Shown: positions 39,386 to 47,878 of the stretch, piece by piece
How positions within the stretch are numbered: the stretch's first letter is position 1
How the letters are laid out: each line of letters begins with the position of its first letter
DNA from: Myxococcota bacterium
GTDB taxonomy: Bacteria > Myxococcota_A > UBA9160 > UBA4427
Assembly: GCA_041690055.1 (NCBI GenBank)
Contig: JBDNFB010000227.1
Location: 2,974 to 66,973 of the forward strand
Length of the DNA stretch: 64,000 bases
Reading direction: 5' to 3'
Made by a program: the position numbers and the translations under genes
The notes under the pieces: generated by a model
What the model was told of the DNA's origin: nothing
What the model saw: the letters and a program-made list of their open reading frames with translations, nothing else
Database searches by the model: none

Positions 39386-40348
39386 CTATTTCGTCGAACC
39401 CGAGATGTGCTCGCCACCATCGACGCGGATCAACTCACCATTGATCCAGTTCGCCTCAGGTTGAGAGAGCAGAAAGATCACACCGGCCACATCTTCGGGG
39501 GTCGTGAGACGTCCTCCCGGATTGCGCAGCCGCGCTTGGCTCTTGAGCTGACCGCTGCCCGGAATGGCGCGCAGTGCGGGTGTATTAGTCACGCCCGCCT
39601 GAATCACATTGCAGCGAATTCCGTGGGGCCCAAACTCGAGCGCGATCGATCGCGCCAGCGCTTCGAGCGAAACCTTTGCAGCGGAGACCGCGGCGTATCC
39701 CTTCCAAGCGACCTCGTTGCCTTCACTCGTCAGGCCAAAGATCCGCGCGTCTTCCGCGAAGAGGCCGCGGGCGAAGAGTTCCTGCGTCCAGCCGAGGAGG
39801 CTCGTGCCCATCGCTAGAATCGTGCGGCTGAAATCCTCTTCGTCGAGGTAGGACGTGTCCGGATATTTCGGCTGACTCACAAGCGGATGCAGTCCGTCTT
39901 CGCCGGCTTCGAAGAGCTCGTCTGCGATCTCCGTCAGCTTCGCGGCATCGACGCCGAGGCGCTGCGCCAAGTTCGGCCCGGCGGTGCGCTCTTTGACTTT
40001 CTCGGGCGCGATCAGTTTAAGATTGCCGAACGCGATGGAATGCAGGAGCACGCGAACGCGGCCTTCGGCACCGATCGCTTCCACGATTTCGTCGAGGGTC
40101 TCGGTGCGCTTGTCGGATGCGATGGCGTCGGCGTTCCAAACGTGAAAGCCCACGCCCATGCCGGCCAGCTCATCAAAATGCGGTTGGATATCTTTCATCG
40201 CGCCGCGGCGATCGCGATGCACGATCAGGACATTCAATCCGCCGCGCGCAAGACGCTTCGCCGTGGCCAGGCCGAAGCCGCTCGACCCACCCAGGATCAG
40301 CGCCCATTCGTTCTTTGAAAATCCACTGCCGAAATCGTTCGTACCCAA
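39386..40348 (-). CDS. Enoyl-ACP reductase-like SDR (FabL/FabI-type)
   Basis: WALILGGSSGFG, TSEG, Y-x6-K (YAAVSAAK), NVIQAGVT.TPAL; probable TTG start downstream of GAGGGG. Confidence 0.8.
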   Translation of the reverse strand: MGTNDFGSGFSKNEWALILGGSSGFGLATAKRLARGGLNVLIVHRDRRGAMKDIQPHFDELAGMGVGFHVWNADAIASDKRTETLDEIVEAIGAEGRVRVLLHSIAFGNLKLIAPEKVKERTAGPNLAQRLGVDAAKLTEIADELFEAGEDGLHPLVSQPKYPDTSYLDEEDFSRTILAMGTSLLGWTQELFARGLFAEDARIFGLTSEGNEVAWKGYAAVSAAKVSLEALARSIALEFGPHGIRCNVIQAGVTNTPALRAIPGSGQLKSQARLRNPGGRLTTPEDVAGVIFLLSQPEANWINGELIRVDGGEHISGSTK

Positions 40349-40744
40349 CTCGTTCCCCTCTAATATGCACGCTGCCAATGGGCGTTTCTCTGCAAGGTCA
40401 ACTGCAGACATGCAGATGTGTCGCCTGAACGTCCGCATGGACGCCCTGAGCTCAGTTGCGCGTTCCGCTTAGTCCGAGCTCTTAATCTCGGCCCTCGATG
40501 AACGCCCCTACTGCTCCACTTGAAACGCAGCCTTGGGGGTGAAATCGGCCCATGAGTTGAGTCGAATCGCTGCGACGGGCAAACCGCTCGGCTGCATGGA
40601 GGCGCAATCAAGAGGTCTTCCGAGTGCTCAAAGTAGCGGCGAATCGCCTTTGGAAATGCAAATCTCTCGCAAATTCGTAGGACGGCGCCACCTTCTGCAC
40701 AGCGAGCATGACTCATAGTCAAAACCAGTCAATGGGCTCAAGCC

Positions 40745-40760
40745 CTTCCCTTCGGGGAAG
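40745..40760 (-). terminator. Stable hairpin immediately after the dinG stop
   Basis: cttccc-ttcg-gggaag (+ strand); no clear U-tract. Confidence 0.35.
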
Positions 40761-43700
40761 CTAATCGACATCCCCAAGCCCGAGCTCCGCCGCAATCTTC
40801 GGCAATGCTTCCCGGGGGGCAATCTCAATTTTCACTCCGTCTGGAAAGGCGTCCTGCAAGCGTCGGAAATAGCGGCGATCCTGGCGCGCATCGACGATGA
40901 CGACGATCCCGCGATCGGTCTCAGAGCGAATGAGTCGTCCCGACATCTGCTTCAGGTGCAGCAGCATGCGACCCAGCGAGGCCCGGGAAAAAGGATCTTC
41001 CCCCGCCGCGCGCATCCGGTCGTCTCGACGCCGTCGCAACTCCGTCGGTACATCAAAAGGCAGCTTCTCGATCACGACGGCCTGCAGATCATCTCCACGC
41101 ACGTCGATTCCCTGCCAAAAACGCCGCGCGCCCAGCAGAACCGCGCCGCCCTTTGCCTTTCGGAATCGCTCAACCAGCGCACCCGGATCATCACTCGCTC
41201 GGCGCGGCAAGAGAACCTCGATCCCCTCTCCGGCAAGAAGCGTGCTCAGGCGATCCGCCGTATCGCGCATCCGGGCCAGACTCGTAAAGAGTCCCAGCGT
41301 TCGTCCCTGAAGCGTCCTCGCCAGCGTCGCGAGCGTCTGCGCGGTCTCTTCGACCAGCTCGCACTGGCTATCGATCGCCACAACGCGCATCGCCCGCTCG
41401 TAGGGAAAAGGCGAACCGACCGCCCTGCTCCAACTCTCGGGCATCGACTCATTTGCGAGTCCAATCTCCCCGAGCGCAGCATGATCGTCCTTGCCCACAA
41501 AGAGCGTGGCCGAAACGACCGCCAGACTCGAAAGCTTCCCGAGAAACTGATCGCGAAACGCCTCGCCCGGCGAAACCGGACGCAACACAAGAGACCAACG
41601 ATCGTAGGGCGTATCCAGCCCTTCAAATGCACCCACGTAATCATCATTGTCCGGCGCAAACGCCGTCCGCAAACCTTCCGCCGCACCCAATAATGCCTCG
41701 ACATGCGACGAAATGGAGCGCTGCGTCTCCTCCTCCGCATCGAGATCCCGCTGTGGCGCCGTCGGCAGCCCATTCGAATCTTGCCCGGGAACGCGCCTCT
41801 GCGCCGGCCCTTCTCGCAGTGCGTGCGCACACAGATACTCAAGTCGAGCCGCCGCGATGTCCGCCAACTCTGCCGCCGCGGGCATCGCCGCCCCGGCGTT
41901 CACAGGAAGCTCCGCGCCCCCGAACGAATCCTTGCGCTCGGACATCGTGCGCCCAAGCCCCATCAACTCCAGCATCACGTCACGCCGGTTCTGCTTCAAT
42001 GCATCCGCTTCGCTACGCGATTCAGATTCCGCGACCAAGCCCGAGCTCGCATAACGTCGCTGCGCTCGGCGCACCGGCGCGCCGAAAAGTTCATCGAGTC
42101 GCTCCGCCACATCTTCTGGCCGCACGCGAATCGCAAAAACCTCCTCCGCGACACCGCCGACCTCATGCCCTTCGTCCATTATGACCTTTGAAAAGCTTGG
42201 ATAATCGGGCGGCCAGCGCAGTAAGAGGTCGTGGTTTGCGACAACGAGATGAGCCTTGGCGAGCGCACGTCGATGCTGGCCAAAGGGGCATCGGCGTTCG
42301 TGCGAACACTGCTCCCGGGAACACTGATCGGCCCGGGCTGCAACGCTCAACCGAAGTAGCTCTCGCAATTTTGGATGTCTGCGCAGAACCGCCGTCGGCA
42401 CGGTTCCCACCTCGCCGTGCGGTCGAATCCGCGCGCACGCTTCGAGCAGCGCGTAGTCCATCCTCAGCTCGTCGAGCAGCGCGGGATCATCCGCTTCACC
42501 GAGCGCTCCCGCCAAGCGCCGTTCACAGACATAATTGGCGCGCCCCTTGATCGAGAGCGCGCGAAGCTGCGGGTACCCCAGGAAACGCGCGGCCGCAGCA
42601 ATATCCTTACGAAGCAGCTGGTCTTGCAAAAGTTTCGTGCGCGTTGAAATAACGATGGGCTCCCGCGATCCCGCTTCGGACTGAGCGACGGCAAAGGGGA
42701 TCGCTGCCGCGAGGTAGGCCAAGGATTTGCCGACACCCGTTCCGCCTTCAAGCTTCGCAACGCCGCCGTCTGCAAGAACGTGAACGAACTCACGCGCGAG
42801 AATCAGCTGTTCCTCGCGGACGTGGTATCCCGGGAAATGCCGCCCCCCGCGCTCTGCATCCGCCAGCGCATCCACGATCGCATCCAGCTCGAAGGGCACA
42901 GGCTCTTCGTCGCTCTCTCCGATCGATAGAAAACGACCATCCGCGACGGGCTCTTCGAGCGCGCGCTCATCCGCATTGCCGTGCAAAAATGCATCGTCCA
43001 CATTCAGCGCCCGGGCCGAAGCCCCGCCCGATCCTGATCCCGACTCCGCGCACGTCGCCAGGCTCGCAAAATCGCCCGCTTCATCCTGGCCTGCGCCCTC
43101 ATCGCCCGAACCCTCCGCACCCACAAAGAGATTCTCAGGCGAGTCGCCATCAAATACGCGGCCTGTCCCGCGGACCGCGGCGCCTGCGTTTGACTCAAAT
43201 AGACCGAGCCACGGCGACGCGGGAAGATGTTCATTCAGAATGCGCCGCACCTTCAGGGCGCGAGCCGATCCCGACTGCGCCGCACGCGCAATTTCACCTA
43301 ACACGCAGGCAGCATCAAGCGCATCGCCGAACGCGCGATGCTGCTCTTCCCGATCGAGCAAAAGGCGCGCGAACGTCTCGAGCCGAAGGTCAGGGGCATC
43401 CGGATAAGTCAGAGACAAAATCTCCTGCGTATCCAGGTAACGCGCAGAGCCGAGTAGGGGATGGACTTCCCGGCCGAGAAAGCTCTTCTCGAAATCGGCC
43501 TGATGCGCCACAAGAAGCCGACCACTGAGCGCATCGAAGACTTCTTGGCGAATAGACGCGAGAGAGGGTGCCGACGATACGTCTTCGTCGAAGATTCCCG
43601 TGATCCGACTGATCAGACTGGGGATCGAGCGGGAGGGTCGAACTAACGTCGAGGCGACGCCGACCGTATCTTCGCCAGGATCGAGAAGGATAAGGCCGAT

Positions 43701-43910
43701 CTCAAGAATTTCTGTGGAGCGGCTATCGGGCAGGCCCGTGGTTTCGAGATCAACGATCGCGACGGGTCCCACGGAATCGATCCACGGCGAAAGCGCATTA
43801 AGCGGCAAGGCGATCGGGGTCGCCGAAACTTCTGCCTCGTCGCCCGCGGGCGCAGTCCCTCTGTATTCACCCAGCGAAGCGGGATCCCATCGTTCGACCA
43901 CAAAAGGCAA
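40761..43910 (-). CDS. dinG: DnaQ-like exonuclease / DinG helicase fusion
   Basis: Exonuclease motifs IVDLETTG, AHQADF, HRAFGDA; helicase motifs GTGVGKS, KGRANYVC, Fe-S Cys residues, DEGH, SATL, FWQGIDV.G, Q..GRLIRS..DRG. Confidence 0.9.
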   Translation of the reverse strand: MPFVVERWDPASLGEYRGTAPAGDEAEVSATPIALPLNALSPWIDSVGPVAIVDLETTGLPDSRSTEILEIGLILLDPGEDTVGVASTLVRPSRSIPSLISRITGIFDEDVSSAPSLASIRQEVFDALSGRLLVAHQADFEKSFLGREVHPLLGSARYLDTQEILSLTYPDAPDLRLETFARLLLDREEQHRAFGDALDAACVLGEIARAAQSGSARALKVRRILNEHLPASPWLGLFESNAGAAVRGTGRVFDGDSPENLFVGAEGSGDEGAGQDEAGDFASLATCAESGSGSGGASARALNVDDAFLHGNADERALEEPVADGRFLSIGESDEEPVPFELDAIVDALADAERGGRHFPGYHVREEQLILAREFVHVLADGGVAKLEGGTGVGKSLAYLAAAIPFAVAQSEAGSREPIVISTRTKLLQDQLLRKDIAAAARFLGYPQLRALSIKGRANYVCERRLAGALGEADDPALLDELRMDYALLEACARIRPHGEVGTVPTAVLRRHPKLRELLRLSVAARADQCSREQCSHERRCPFGQHRRALAKAHLVVANHDLLLRWPPDYPSFSKVIMDEGHEVGGVAEEVFAIRVRPEDVAERLDELFGAPVRRAQRRYASSGLVAESESRSEADALKQNRRDVMLELMGLGRTMSERKDSFGGAELPVNAGAAMPAAAELADIAAARLEYLCAHALREGPAQRRVPGQDSNGLPTAPQRDLDAEEETQRSISSHVEALLGAAEGLRTAFAPDNDDYVGAFEGLDTPYDRWSLVLRPVSPGEAFRDQFLGKLSSLAVVSATLFVGKDDHAALGEIGLANESMPESWSRAVGSPFPYERAMRVVAIDSQCELVEETAQTLATLARTLQGRTLGLFTSLARMRDTADRLSTLLAGEGIEVLLPRRASDDPGALVERFRKAKGGAVLLGARRFWQGIDVRGDDLQAVVIEKLPFDVPTELRRRRDDRMRAAGEDPFSRASLGRMLLHLKQMSGRLIRSETDRGIVVIVDARQDRRYFRRLQDAFPDGVKIEIAPREALPKIAAELGLGDVD

Positions 43911-43925
43911 AGTTATCGACCCACG

Positions 43926-45572
43926 CTAGACGTAGATTCCGCCGCTGTATTCGCGATCCTGTCGGATCTCGACGTTGATCAAAGCGGGAAGCCCCGAAGC
44001 CGCCGCACGCTCAAACGCGGGGCGCAGCTCGCCCGGCTCGGTCACATACTCGCCATGTCCGCCGAGGGCTTCCACGACCTTGTCGTACCGCGTGCGATTG
44101 AGCAGAACGCCTTCGAGGCGGTCCCACCCATACATCGCGCCCTGCGGCCGCATCATCTGCCCCCACGCGCCGTCGTTGCCGACGATGCCAATGATCGGCA
44201 AGCCGAAGCGCACGGCCGTATCAAACTCCATCCCGTTGAATCCGAAGGAACCATCTCCGTAGATGATCACCACCGGACGGTCCGGATGCGCCAGCTTCGC
44301 AGCAAGAGCAAAAGGCATTCCCACGCCAAGCGTGCCCAGCGGCCCCGGATCCATCCAGGCGCCTTCACCCTTCACGGGAATGATCTTCGCCGCAGTCGCG
44401 ACAATATCGCCGCCGTCCCCAATCACGATCGGTTTCTCGAGCGTGTCGAGCCAGTCCCGCACTTCGCGACACATCCTCTGCGGATCGATCGGCACTTCGT
44501 CGCTATTCAGCTTGGCCTGCACCTTCGCTTCAGCGGCATTCTCGATCTCGCGCAACTCGTCTCGCCATCCCGAAAAATCGAGCATCACATTTTGATTCTT
44601 CAACTCTGCCGAGAGCGCTTCAAAACTGCATGCAAGATTGCCCACGAGCGGAACGTCTGTTTGCCGATTCTGACCGATCAGTGTCGCATCCATATCAAGC
44701 TGAATAATCTTCGCATCCGCGGGAATCGTCTGCCCAAAGCGCATTCGGAAATCGAGCAGCGTGCCCGCCAGAATGATCAGGTCGATCTTCTCCAGCGCAT
44801 CTCGCCGCGACCGATTCAGAAACTCCGGCGAATCATGCGGAACAGACCCTCGCCCCATTCCGTTCGTAAAAGTCGGAATATGCGTCTCGCTAATGAAGCG
44901 ATTCATCTCAGGCGACGCGTAGGACCATTTCACGCTCGTCCCCGCCATCAACATCGGGCGCTCCGCTGCAAGGAGCAGCTCGACGGCCTTCGTAACTTCG
45001 CGACTATCCGGGGAAAGGCGCGGCGGGTGTGTGCGAATTTTGGGAATATGCACTTCTTCGTCGGGCACCTCGCCCATGAAGATGTCCATCGGAATTTCGA
45101 GATAGGCCGGCCCGGGGATACCCGAGACGGCATGCCGAATCGCCAGCTCGACGTATTCCGGGATGCGCTTCGTCTGATAGATCGCGTCGCAGAATTTCGT
45201 GATCGGGCGGACGACGCCGAGATGATCCATCTCCTGCAGCGATCCCCGTCGCAGGTTCTCGAAAGGACCCTGCCCACCGAAAACAAGAATCGGCGAGTTC
45301 GCTCGCCAGGCGTTCGCGATCCCCGTCACACCATCCGTGACGCCCGGGCCTGCCGTAATCGCGGCAACGCCGATTTTCCCGGGATTGCATCGCGCCCAGG
45401 AATCGGCCGCGTGCACGGCCGCTTGCTCATGCCGGACGTCCACGATCTTGATGCCTTCGTCAATGCAGCCATCGTAGAGCGGCATGATATGCCCGCCTGA
45501 AAGCGTGAATATGACCTCGACGCCGGCCTCTTTAAGCGCCTTCGCCGCAAGCTTTCCACCATGCAGGGACAT
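43926..45572 (-). CDS. ThDP-dependent enzyme (acetolactate synthase-like / 2-hydroxyacyl-CoA lyase family)
   Basis: LSGGHI, DVRHEQAA, TAGPG, PGPLGTLGVG, GDGSFG...GNDG. Confidence 0.88.
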   Translation of the reverse strand: MSLHGGKLAAKALKEAGVEVIFTLSGGHIMPLYDGCIDEGIKIVDVRHEQAAVHAADSWARCNPGKIGVAAITAGPGVTDGVTGIANAWRANSPILVFGGQGPFENLRRGSLQEMDHLGVVRPITKFCDAIYQTKRIPEYVELAIRHAVSGIPGPAYLEIPMDIFMGEVPDEEVHIPKIRTHPPRLSPDSREVTKAVELLLAAERPMLMAGTSVKWSYASPEMNRFISETHIPTFTNGMGRGSVPHDSPEFLNRSRRDALEKIDLIILAGTLLDFRMRFGQTIPADAKIIQLDMDATLIGQNRQTDVPLVGNLACSFEALSAELKNQNVMLDFSGWRDELREIENAAEAKVQAKLNSDEVPIDPQRMCREVRDWLDTLEKPIVIGDGGDIVATAAKIIPVKGEGAWMDPGPLGTLGVGMPFALAAKLAHPDRPVVIIYGDGSFGFNGMEFDTAVRFGLPIIGIVGNDGAWGQMMRPQGAMYGWDRLEGVLLNRTRYDKVVEALGGHGEYVTEPGELRPAFERAAASGLPALINVEIRQDREYSGGIYV

Positions 45573-45588
45573 AACCGTAGACTCCGTG

Positions 45589-45685
45589 CTGATTCGTTAC
45601 TGAGTGATTACTGATGATTGATTACGGATTACTGACTACTCACTGCTGACTGCTGACTGCTGATGCTTGATGCTTGATGCTTGAG
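45589..45685 (-). repeat. Graded heptamer tandem array upstream of the ThDP enzyme gene
   Basis: Minus strand: tcaagca x3, tcagcag x3, tgagtag, tcagtaa, tccgtaa, tcaatca, tcagtaa ... tcagcac. Confidence 0.85.
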
Positions 45686-45928
45686 CGGGGCTTGCCTGGG
45701 GCCCAGAACGTGCCCGCCTTCGCACGGTATCACTCGGCTCCGCTTCAATCGAGGTGAGGCCCTCTGTTCACTGCGCGTTGACGGCAGGACTCGCAGCTCG
45801 CTCACCCCCAAACGCGCGTGCGAACGGGGGCGGGCGGGCCTGCAGCTGTACGGGTCGCTAAAACTAAAGAAGCCGGCGAGATGCGAAGGCATCCACCGGC
45901 TTCTTCAATTTCGATTGGTCTCAGCGAA

Positions 45929-46468
45929 CTAGCGCACCTGGAACTCGGCGCGGCGATTCAGCTGCCACGCAGTTTCCCCGGAGCCGCTCACTGCAGGCTG
46001 GGCCTCGCCGTAGCTCACCGTGCTCATCTGCCCCATCGGGATACCTAGATTGTAGAGGTATCGGCGAACGGCAGTCGCGCGCCGTTCCCCGAGGGCCACG
46101 TTGTACTCCTCGGAGCCGCGCTCATCACAATGCCCTGCGATCACGATCGTCGCACCGCTCGCACGAACCGCCTGCGCAGCCGCTTCGAGGCCGGCCGCGT
46201 ACTCAGAGCTGATATCAGAGCGGTCGAGCGCGAAGTAGACCGGAGGAATCGCGAGAGCGCGCTCAACAACTGTGCTCGTGTCCGGCACAACCACTTCCGC
46301 AGGTCCGTCGGAGAACTCGCTGTCCATGCCGTCATCCATCGGCGGAGCCGGCTCCGGAGTCGAGGCGCAGCCCGCCATAAATGCCAGCGAGATCACCAAA
46401 AGAATAGATGCAATTCGTCGTTTCATCCCAGTCCCCGTTTCGGTCTGCTTGCTCATAAGCATTCCCAT
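45929..46468 (-). CDS. pal: Peptidoglycan-associated lipoprotein (OmpA/Pal family)
   Basis: Lipobox MAGC; VYF..D.S, GHCDERGSEEYNVALGERRA, VSYGE..P, NRRAEF. Confidence 0.9.
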   Translation of the reverse strand: MGMLMSKQTETGTGMKRRIASILLVISLAFMAGCASTPEPAPPMDDGMDSEFSDGPAEVVVPDTSTVVERALAIPPVYFALDRSDISSEYAAGLEAAAQAVRASGATIVIAGHCDERGSEEYNVALGERRATAVRRYLYNLGIPMGQMSTVSYGEAQPAVSGSGETAWQLNRRAEFQVR

Positions 46469-46780
46469 CTGAATTAGTTCCTCCTCATCCCGAACCCAGC
46501 TCCGCGAGTCGCGAATCCGTCGGGATGGTCAAATTTTTTCGTCGGCCTCGGAATCCCCGCCTGTGACGGGTCTGCCGAAAGAGCCTATTTGCTTATGACC
46601 CGACCGAATTTCTCCTTCGAAAACACGCCGGCAGGGTCTAGGGTCTATGCCGCGCGCAATGATGGAGGCTCAGCGCAGGTCCTGCAACTCAAAAATCGCT
46701 TCAATCAGCTCCAAGTCCCCGAATCAGCTGAACTTCCTGTGACCTGGATGACACTCTGGAGCCCGAATCCCCCCAAAACC

Positions 46781-47380
46781 CTATTCGAGCCGAGCCAGCG
46801 TCTCCTGCAATGCCTCCGGGGCGAGCCAGAAATGAAAGTTTTCGCGGACGTCGATAAAGCGGACTAAACCCTTCCGGTCGAGCAAAACTGTCGTCGGATG
46901 CGGCACACCGAGTTCGATCGGCTCCGCGCCCTCTTTCAAGATGCCGAGATCCCGGATCAGCTGACTCTTGGGATCGGCCAGGAAGAGCACGCGATTCGCG
47001 AGGCCGAACTCGTTGATAAAGGTCCGAGTCCGGTCATTAATCTGAGTATCGCTCATGACCCAGACGATCTTCAGGTCCGGGGTCGCGTCGAAGAATTCTC
47101 GCAGCTCCACGAGCCGCGCCTTGGTAAAGGGTCACCAATCCACACTGCGTTCGAAGGTCAGCAGGACGCGATGTCCCTCTAAGTCCTCGCGGGAATAGAT
47201 CTGACCGTCGAGCCCGACCAGCTCAAGCGGCGGCAGACGGTTCCCAATCGCCAGTTTCGCATCGAAATCCGTGCGGATCTGGGCATCTGAGCCCCGAGCG
47301 CTCACCTCAAGCGTCGGCAGCATCCAGTTCAACCCAAGCAAGCCGAACAGGACCAGCGTCGCCAAACTCCGCAAAATCAT
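46781..47380 (-). CDS. Selenocysteine-containing peroxiredoxin-like/AhpC-TSA redoxin (in-frame UGA at 47134-47132)
   Basis: ORFs 47132..47380 and 46781..47110 share a frame across a single TGA: LLTFERSVDW-U-PFTKARLVELRE ... LADP ... VPHPTTVLLDRKG.VRF. Confidence 0.85.
47100..47118 (-). promoter_or_regulatory. Putative bacterial SECIS hairpin
   Basis: cgcggctc-gtg-gagctgcg starting ~13 nt 3' of the UGA, with G in the apical loop. Confidence 0.7.
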
Positions 47381-47841
47381 GCTGTGCCTCCGGTCTTAGT
47401 AGCCTTCTCGACCATTTTGTCGGCGATCGGACCCGCCACAGTCTCGGCAACTGTGGGCCGCAGCCATACCAGGGCCACCGCAAGAAGAAGTAAGATAGTC
47501 GCCTCGGTCAGAGGCAGATCGCCAAGCCACGCCGTGTAGTCCCCGATGAACCACGCCACCATCCGAACAAACGCCATCAGGCCCAGCACGAAAACCGTCA
47601 TCGTTCCCACCGTACGCGAGCCCATGGGATCGCGCGCGGCACCCAACAAACCGCCTGACCAGCCGAGCAAAGCACAGCCGGTAAACGCGACGAAATAATG
47701 TCCGACGGGACCCGTCGGAATGCCCGGCACCGAGTTCGGCCGTTGATAGAGGAAGAACGAGACCACCATCGCTGCGCCGAAGACGAGGAGAGCGATGCCG
47801 AGCGTGCCCATCAGGAAGCGGTAGATTCGCAGACGATTCAT
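47377..47841 (-). CDS. 4-TM membrane protein, translationally coupled to the selenoprotein
   Basis: Four hydrophobic segments; ATGA overlap with the redoxin start. Confidence 0.75.
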   Translation of the reverse strand: MNRLRIYRFLMGTLGIALLVFGAAMVVSFFLYQRPNSVPGIPTGPVGHYFVAFTGCALLGWSGGLLGAARDPMGSRTVGTMTVFVLGLMAFVRMVAWFIGDYTAWLGDLPLTEATILLLLAVALVWLRPTVAETVAGPIADKMVEKATKTGGTA

Positions 47842-47878
47842 CGCTCGGTATGATGCCGCACTTTTCGCCCGATGGGTT

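Noticed and set aside
33134-40348. Aryl polyene, ladderane or aromatic type II PKS cluster
   Set aside because: Single KS with an intact Cys-His-His triad; no chain-length factor, cyclase, radical-SAM tailoring gene or AMP ligase within the cluster
46480-46660. Possible c-di-GMP riboswitch upstream of pal
   Set aside because: Only loose fragments (ggcagaccc, gggtctagg); the GNRA loop and GCAAAG/receptor arrangement are missing
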